Source of the DNA: a plasmid
Reading direction: 5' to 3' (one strand)
Sequence record: AP029160.1
DNA: 64,000 bases
The position numbers and the translations under genes were made by a program. The stretch's first letter is position 1, and each line of letters begins with the position of its first letter. Below are positions 57,756 through 64,000 of this stretch, piece after piece. The notes below the pieces were generated by a model. That model saw nothing but the letters and a program-made list of their open reading frames with translations, was not told the origin of the DNA and searched no databases.

Positions 57756-59753
57756 TTAAAATGGGATATCTCTATCGTTATTGACATTAGATTTGTAAAA
57801 ATTTGAAACTTGAGTTCGATTTAAATATTCTTGTAAAGATACACCAAGTATCTTTGCTCGTTTTACAAAGTAAGCGTGCATATTCTCACTTCTTGTAAAT
57901 TTCTTACCACAAATATGTTGGGCATTTAATGCAAAAACATTTTCATCATAAAGTTGTCCAGCTAAAGAACTATACGATTTTGTATTTTTCCTAATGTGAA
58001 TAATTGAACTTGCAGATATTTCTTTACCTAATATCTGTCTCAATTTTGGCAAAAGTAATGTTAACTTATAATGCTGATTTTTTACCACACAAAGAATTAA
58101 TTTGTTTTGATAAAAAAATCCTACTCTGTGATGAAATGATACTGCATCTATTCTAAGCTTTGTATCCTTACTCTGAACTGGAAAACTCAATAAATTCTTA
58201 AGTAGACCCTGGAAAAGATAGCACTTCAAATTTTCCAACCCCGAGATCAGATACGCTTTCTGTTCATTTTCTATTGGTGAGAAAGAACCTCTCTCACTCT
58301 CCGCTGCTATCGCGAACGGAGCTATGCTCCTACTAGAAATAAAAGGCCCCAAAAAAGAGCAAAAAGGAGTTACGTTAAAGTTACTTTCATGTTTACTTTT
58401 TAATTTTTCTGGACTCGACTTAAACACTCCCTTAAGAAAATATTTATCATCTTCCATCCAGTTTGGAAGATGTAACTTTCCGATTCCAAATAACTCTTTT
58501 CTATTTTGATATATCGAATGAACTGTAGACTTTATTTGATTCTCTTTACAAGTTCTTGAAGTTTCATTTCCCATAATAAACTTTGTTCGCATTTTTATTT
58601 TTTCAAAAGTCTCTTGTTCTGAATACCCATTCCATTTATATGCTATTATCCAATTTACGATTGCATAATTTCTTTCTCCATCAACAATTCTGAATGGCTC
58701 TATTATTTTTAACTTAACACTTGTTTGAGAAATATTAGATGCCATTACTTTTTGTGCTCTATCTATTTGTTTCAGAACTTTTTTTGATGGTTTGCATCCA
58801 AGCTTTATAGCCCCTTCAATTGTCTCTTTAATAAAGAATATTTCTTGAAACCTATCGCTTCTTATATACATATTTGCAGTCCTTAAATTTACTTGCATGA
58901 TATTTGCTAACTCAAATTTGCTAAGCTCAACCATTTTATAAGCAGAAACATAAGGCACCTCTAAATCTATTAATTTCTTTTCTCCATTTAAAAATGATTT
59001 AGCGTCGATTTGTTTAGGAGTATATAATCCCATAAGATATAAAAAAAGTTTTGAATAGGATTTTTCAACCCGTATGTCGGGATAAAATCGATAGTTAATT
59101 TCTAATTCTTTTACTAAATATTCTACATATTTTAATAAATTGGTTATAAATGGTTCTTGCTTCAAAATTACTTCTTGTTCGTTTGTAACTCTAACTCTTG
59201 ATTTTTTAGCTTCTCTCTCAATTCGTTTTGTTAATAATTCATTATGATAAACTAAATTACTTCTTTTGTTATATGTACAAAAATCTTGTTTTAAACCTAA
59301 TCCCGATGGGTCTGCTCCAATACCTAGTTCATTAAAAATTTGTATTAATTGATATTGTAATTGTCTTGCACTGATCTGGGCGCCTTGGGTTCTTTCATAC
59401 AAAGGTAAAGGAGATACTCCAAATAGGATATGCAAACCTCTTCCCGATGTGCTACGCGTCACATATTCTATACCTTCTAATATTTTTGAATACTGTCCTA
59501 AAGAATTTTGAATTAACTCCCAGCACAATTTATTATCTTTTTTAAACTCATCATTTGATTTTTCAAAATCAACGTCTAGTCGGATATACCTTAATACTTC
59601 ATTTCCATCTGTATTTGTAAAATACGTTGACTGTAAATCTGGATTTGAAGATTTTTTGCACTTAACTGGTATACGATAGTTATCTTTTGCTATTTGCCAC
59701 TTTTTAAAAATATACTTTCCTGATTCATATTTAAAAAATGCTGGAGCAGACAT
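57756..59753 (-). CDS. archaeo-eukaryotic-primase (PrimPol/RepB'-like) domain protein; candidate plasmid replicase/primase
   Basis: AEP motif I 'YIRLDVDFEK' (D-x-D) and motif II 'RSTSGRGLHILFG' (sGxGxH) near the N-terminus. 665 aa. Confidence 0.45.
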   Translation of the reverse strand: MSAPAFFKYESGKYIFKKWQIAKDNYRIPVKCKKSSNPDLQSTYFTNTDGNEVLRYIRLDVDFEKSNDEFKKDNKLCWELIQNSLGQYSKILEGIEYVTRSTSGRGLHILFGVSPLPLYERTQGAQISARQLQYQLIQIFNELGIGADPSGLGLKQDFCTYNKRSNLVYHNELLTKRIEREAKKSRVRVTNEQEVILKQEPFITNLLKYVEYLVKELEINYRFYPDIRVEKSYSKLFLYLMGLYTPKQIDAKSFLNGEKKLIDLEVPYVSAYKMVELSKFELANIMQVNLRTANMYIRSDRFQEIFFIKETIEGAIKLGCKPSKKVLKQIDRAQKVMASNISQTSVKLKIIEPFRIVDGERNYAIVNWIIAYKWNGYSEQETFEKIKMRTKFIMGNETSRTCKENQIKSTVHSIYQNRKELFGIGKLHLPNWMEDDKYFLKGVFKSSPEKLKSKHESNFNVTPFCSFLGPFISSRSIAPFAIAAESERGSFSPIENEQKAYLISGLENLKCYLFQGLLKNLLSFPVQSKDTKLRIDAVSFHHRVGFFYQNKLILCVVKNQHYKLTLLLPKLRQILGKEISASSIIHIRKNTKSYSSLAGQLYDENVFALNAQHICGKKFTRSENMHAYFVKRAKILGVSLQEYLNRTQVSNFYKSNVNNDRDIPF

Positions 59754-59978
59754 TAGATTGTGCTCCTAGCAAAAATGAAAAATAAATTATTGATTTTTTT
59801 AGAAAGTTTAGGTTGATGGTCAAAATTATAATAAAAAAATAGAGTCATTAGCAAATCTCTCTTGATTTCCTATCGACTCCTCGCTATGCTCGAGATATGA
59901 CTTTCTGTGAGCGCAGTTTTGGTTAGTCGATTAGCGATTAATTAAAACTGTTTTTTATTTTATAAATAAAAACAAACT

Positions 59979-60644
59979 TCACATTCCTTTTTCTTCTTTT
60001 TGTTTCCTTTTTCTTTCTCTTTTAGCTTCTACTATGCTTAATTCATATTTCTTTATTTCATTGTAAACTCTATTTCTTTCATTCTCAGATTCTTTGAATA
60101 AATCAGAATTAATAATAAATTCATAAAGATTTTCTTTTAAAGATATTATTTGAACTACTTTCTTAATACCTGTTTTATGTAAAGCGGCTGCAAATTGAAT
60201 CGCCCAAAATGAATGAATAGCATTAGTATCATTCAAAATAGACATAGCTTGCAACGTCCAAGTTCCATAATTTTTTTTAATTGCAAATAAAGCAGTTCTT
60301 TTTATATTTGGAAATGTAGTAGAAGCATTTTCAAATTTCGGCAATTTAGAAAGAAATTCATTGAACTCTTTTATTCTTTCTTCTTTAGAATTATTTTGTT
60401 GTGACTTAACTTCTCTAGATACTATTTGATTATTGAGTTTTTTTTCAACTTTTTTTTGCTGAGCGATAAGTGCTTGTTCATGAACTTTTTGAGCATTATT
60501 CAGCATCTTCTTAACCCATTTCGAATCATTTAATTTTGAGGTCTCAGAGCCAATTTTTATAATATTTTTTAAGAAATGCTCTGGAAGACCTTTTGCTTCA
60601 GGCATAGCACACAGTAAATTCATTAATTCCTCTAAGTTTGACAT
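59979..60644 (-). CDS. hypothetical K/E-rich protein
   Basis: ORF only. Confidence 0.35.
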   Translation of the reverse strand: MSNLEELMNLLCAMPEAKGLPEHFLKNIIKIGSETSKLNDSKWVKKMLNNAQKVHEQALIAQQKKVEKKLNNQIVSREVKSQQNNSKEERIKEFNEFLSKLPKFENASTTFPNIKRTALFAIKKNYGTWTLQAMSILNDTNAIHSFWAIQFAAALHKTGIKKVVQIISLKENLYEFIINSDLFKESENERNRVYNEIKKYELSIVEAKRERKRKQKEEKGM

Positions 60645-60727
60645 AGTTCACTCCATTCAAGAATGAACTCTTTAGCCAAAAAATATAAATAGTCAATCAA
60701 ATACTTAACTGAGTGCATAGCATGCAC

Positions 60728-61504
60728 TCAGTTAAGGTAACAAGAAATATTATTATCAATATTAGATAAAATTGATTTTATCTTATCTTGTACGGAAGAA
60801 ATATCATAAAGTTGCTTCTCTGTTAATTTTTTATCTTTATTTTCAATAAAAATACTGTTTACTTGTTTCTCTAATGTCAAAGCAGTCAAAGTTAGTTGTC
60901 CTATTTTCATGGAAATATTAATTTTACTAACCTTTTGTGTAGGTGCTTTAAAAGAAAGTATCTCCTTTACTTCTAATCTATCTGCTTGATTATGTAATTG
61001 TGATAAATCAAAACCACTTCTAGAAACAGAAAGCAAGGCTCTTAACTTTTCCATAGGAAGTTTTTTATTCTTAAAAAGACTTAGCTCTTTAGAAATTGCC
61101 ATGAAATCATAAGCTAAACGAATTGAAAAAGGAATTTTTGTCTCCAGATAACTTTTAAAGTTTTTTTCCTCTGTTTCAAAAAATCTTTTCCTACAAGAAT
61201 TCAATATGTCACCGGCAATAAAAGCAAAAGAAGCATCCATATTAACTTTTATTTTTTGATATGTTTCCCAGTACTCGTGAATTAAATTGCCATAATCCTC
61301 AGGTGCTTGTAATTCTTGTTCTCTAGACTCTAAAGTTCTATCCCAATTAGTCATAAGTCTGTGTAAACTTGTGACAGCAGCTTCTTCAATATTATCTGAA
61401 TTTAAGGAAATTAATTGATTTGTGGTAGGAATAAAGTTTTTTGTCTTTATTTCTTCTTTATCAACTCCCTTTTTTTGTAATATATCTTTAACCGAGGAAC
61501 TCAT
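60728..61504 (-). CDS. hypothetical protein in the ParB position (downstream of parA, 4-bp overlap); no recognisable ParB motif
   Basis: Position and coupling only; no GERRxRA-like motif seen. Confidence 0.3.
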   Translation of the reverse strand: MSSSVKDILQKKGVDKEEIKTKNFIPTTNQLISLNSDNIEEAAVTSLHRLMTNWDRTLESREQELQAPEDYGNLIHEYWETYQKIKVNMDASFAFIAGDILNSCRKRFFETEEKNFKSYLETKIPFSIRLAYDFMAISKELSLFKNKKLPMEKLRALLSVSRSGFDLSQLHNQADRLEVKEILSFKAPTQKVSKINISMKIGQLTLTALTLEKQVNSIFIENKDKKLTEKQLYDISSVQDKIKSILSNIDNNISCYLN

Positions 61505-62496
61505 AATATAGCCTCTTCGTCTTTATTAGATTCAACTTTTTTCTTATTACTAGAAACTTCATATAAATTTAAAATATGCTTTACTACAACATCTAAATCT
61601 TCACCAGCTTGAGTCGATCTTTTAGTCCAAAGATGCTCTCCATCTTCCATTGATGAAATAAATTCTGAAGACTGCTTTATCAAATTTGGAATCATAAACG
61701 TTGAATACTGAGCATAAAACTGTTGTAAATAGGATGTACTAGCCTTTATTCTTGGATCATACATATTCACTAAAATATTTATTTCAGGTTTTTTCTTATA
61801 AGACTTTGAAATTTCATTCCATTGATTAAAAACTTGTTCTAATCCCAATTTTGAATATATATCTGGTTTAACTGGAGCAATAATTCTATCAACGGCTAGA
61901 TAAATAGCGTGTGTTAAATGAGTTAATGCCGGTGGACAATCACAAATTATTAAATCATATTCTTCTAATAACTGATTCATTGGACTAGCAATTAAACTAG
62001 AAAGATTCTCAGCTCCCAAGATTATTTCTTTATCAAGTAAACAGTTTTTTGGAGCTGAAGGGATTATACTTAAAAATTCATTAATAGGTTTTACTAGATC
62101 AAAAATATTTGTTGTTTTTTTTCTTAAGTAATCGAGCCAAACTAAATTTTGTTCATCAAATATATTCATTGAAACAGTCAAATTTAATTGATGATCGAAA
62201 TCAATTAGAAGGGTTTTATAACCATACATTGAAGCTCTAATTGCAAAATTTTTTGATAAAGAAGATTTTCCAACTCCTCCCTTAACGATTTGGAATGCTA
62301 TAGATTGCTTTTTATAATTATAACCTCGTGAAGTTTGGAGAAATTCTCGAACACTTTGTGGAGGTACAGTAGAAAATTTCTTGTTACTTTTTGCAGCTCC
62401 TGCTCTATTTTTAAACAATTGCGGTACAGCTTGTCTTGTTACATCAAGAAGATTCGCAATATCAACAACGCTTAACTCATACTGATTATTTTGCAT
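61501..62496 (-). CDS. parA: ParA/SopA-type partition ATPase (long form with N-terminal extension)
   Basis: Deviant Walker A 'KGGVGKSS'. ~100-aa N-terminal extension with an HTH-like 'VVDIANLLDVTRQAV', as in type Ia ParA. Confidence 0.7.
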   Translation of the reverse strand: MQNNQYELSVVDIANLLDVTRQAVPQLFKNRAGAAKSNKKFSTVPPQSVREFLQTSRGYNYKKQSIAFQIVKGGVGKSSLSKNFAIRASMYGYKTLLIDFDHQLNLTVSMNIFDEQNLVWLDYLRKKTTNIFDLVKPINEFLSIIPSAPKNCLLDKEIILGAENLSSLIASPMNQLLEEYDLIICDCPPALTHLTHAIYLAVDRIIAPVKPDIYSKLGLEQVFNQWNEISKSYKKKPEINILVNMYDPRIKASTSYLQQFYAQYSTFMIPNLIKQSSEFISSMEDGEHLWTKRSTQAGEDLDVVVKHILNLYEVSSNKKKVESNKDEEAIL

Positions 62497-62805
62497 AGGG
62501 CATCACTTTCTAAAAAGTGTAAAGACGGCATCCATCAGATAATATACTAAATTTAAAAAAGGCAAATAGCAAAACCAAAATTTTGATGATCTAAATTGTA
62601 AGTTACTATGTTAACTTAAAAATTTCAGTGAATTGTTTTGGTAATCTTTAAATTAATCTTCCAATGAGAATATTTAATTGTTATTTGAAGCTATTTTAGG
62701 ATTTACTAAATATGCTCTTCAAATAAGCTAAATGCTTCTATCTCACTTTCTAACTCTATTCAGGATAAGCTCTATTATCCTGCTAATTATCTTAATCACC
62801 TGTTT

Positions 62806-62975
62806 CTGTATCCAAATCGTTTTGAAATTATTTTGAATCGTTTTGAAATCACTTTGAATCGTTTTGAAATCATTTTGAATCGTTTTGAAATCATTTTGAA
62901 TCGTTTTGAAATCATTTTGAATCGTTTTGAAATCATTTTGAATCGTTTTGAAATCATTTTGAATCGTTTCAAAAT
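62806..62975. repeat. eight tandem copies of a 21-bp unit (GAATCGTTTTGAAATCATTTT) about 300 bp upstream of parA; candidate partition centromere/operator
   Basis: aatcgttttgaaattattttg / aatcgttttgaaatcactttg / aatcgttttgaaatcattttg x5 / aatcgtttcaaaataattttt. Confidence 0.85.
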
Positions 62976-63152
62976 AATTTTTAGATAGTTTTTAGATAGT
63001 TTTTTAAATATTCTGCGAATAATTTTCTAATTTAAAACTTGAAAAATTCATTAATATTTGCAATTCATTTATTCTAAAATCTCGCTCTTTAAAAGAAATA
63101 ATAGAGATTTTATACTAACTTTTTTTCAATTATAAAAAATAAAAGGCGTATT

Positions 63153-63782
63153 ATGACAAGACAATTATTTAAAAATACATATATACAACTCGCTAGTTAT
63201 TTATCACGAAAAGGTATTTCAAATCCGTCGCCATCAACAAATTTAATTCTAAATAAATTTGTTTTAGACCAATGGAATAATATTGATGGATATCATAAAG
63301 TGACTTCCGAAGATTTAAAAAAGTTCAATATTATCAATATATCATTTGATAATTGGTGTATAAATATGTTTGAAAATTCAATACTATTATTTAAAAACAT
63401 AAAAAACACGGAAGATTTCAAAAATTTTAAACAAAAAGAATACTTAATTAAATATTCAAATATAATTTCTCAATATCTAAATAGAGCATTTGATGAGTAT
63501 AGTAAGAATAGTAAAGGTAATATATTTTCACAAGAAAATATTGTACCTAATTTATCAACTTTTAAAATAGATCCTGAACTATGTATTTATGATAATAACT
63601 ACCAAAAAAAGCATGGAAAAGATATTAAACAAAATATTTATAAATTAAACAAGAACAAAGAATCAATTCAAAATAAAATGAATGAATTAAAATCACAATT
63701 AAAATCTCTAGAGGATTATCTTTATGCCATTCATAAAGAAATTGAATATAATGAGTTTTTTGATAAAAATATTATAAAATAA
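63153..63782 (+). CDS. hypothetical protein (209 aa)
   Basis: ORF only. Confidence 0.35.
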   Translation: MTRQLFKNTYIQLASYLSRKGISNPSPSTNLILNKFVLDQWNNIDGYHKVTSEDLKKFNIINISFDNWCINMFENSILLFKNIKNTEDFKNFKQKEYLIKYSNIISQYLNRAFDEYSKNSKGNIFSQENIVPNLSTFKIDPELCIYDNNYQKKHGKDIKQNIYKLNKNKESIQNKMNELKSQLKSLEDYLYAIHKEIEYNEFFDKNIIK

Positions 63783-64000
63783 GGTAGTGTTTAAAGAACT
63801 GTAATAGATATTTATTTTCCTGAAATTGAGCACTTATATTTGTGTTTACTCCATTTGAAAAATTCTCAAAATATAAAGATCTTAATAATCCCTAGTTTCA
63901 TCAGAATCTTTCACATCACGGAAATATACCACGGCAAGACGCCACTGAAAAAATGCAAGAGCTCTATAAGTTAATCTTAAAAACGGATTTAATTTTAAGG

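Overview
This window is very AT-rich (roughly 27-30% GC by eye, not computed) and reads like part of a large conjugative plasmid or an integrated conjugative element from a Gram-negative bacterium. No tRNA, rRNA or CRISPR array was recognised. Gene order from left to right is as follows. (1) 1-4455: the 3' part of a TniB/TnsC-type transposition ATPase gene, a TniQ/TnsD gene, two cargo ORFs and a serine resolvase. This is a Tn5053/Tn402-like or Tn7-like module. (2) 4717-6442: a cargo AbiEi/AbiEii toxin-antitoxin pair, followed at 6602-12000 by uncharacterised operons that include a GNAT-like membrane protein and an HNH nuclease. (3) 13159-14800: a ParM/ParR-like partition cassette with an AACGTT-repeat, centromere-like region. 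(4) 14933-43031: a conjugation block. It holds a 2521-aa MobF (TrwC-like) relaxase fused to an SF1 helicase, a DnaG-like primase and a long K/E-rich tail. It also holds a VirD4-type coupling protein, a VirB-like mating-pair-formation operon (pilin, VirB3-B4 fusion, B5?, B6, B8, B9, B10, VirB1-like transglycosylase) with no VirB11, and two paralogous LRR lipoproteins. (5) 43767-51659: accessory genes. These are a hybrid histidine kinase with a periplasmic binding protein, a CHAP amidase with a DUF1028 protein, and a nucleotidyl-cyclase/GGDEF-like palm protein beside a HicB-like HTH regulator. (6) 51840-64000: maintenance functions. These are an iteron-rich putative origin, an AT-hook histone-like protein, a 165-bp inverted-repeat pair, an AEP-type primase/replicase, and a ParA partition ATPase with 8 x 21-bp repeats upstream. 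All functional calls rest on motifs read by eye from the translations; no database search was possible.
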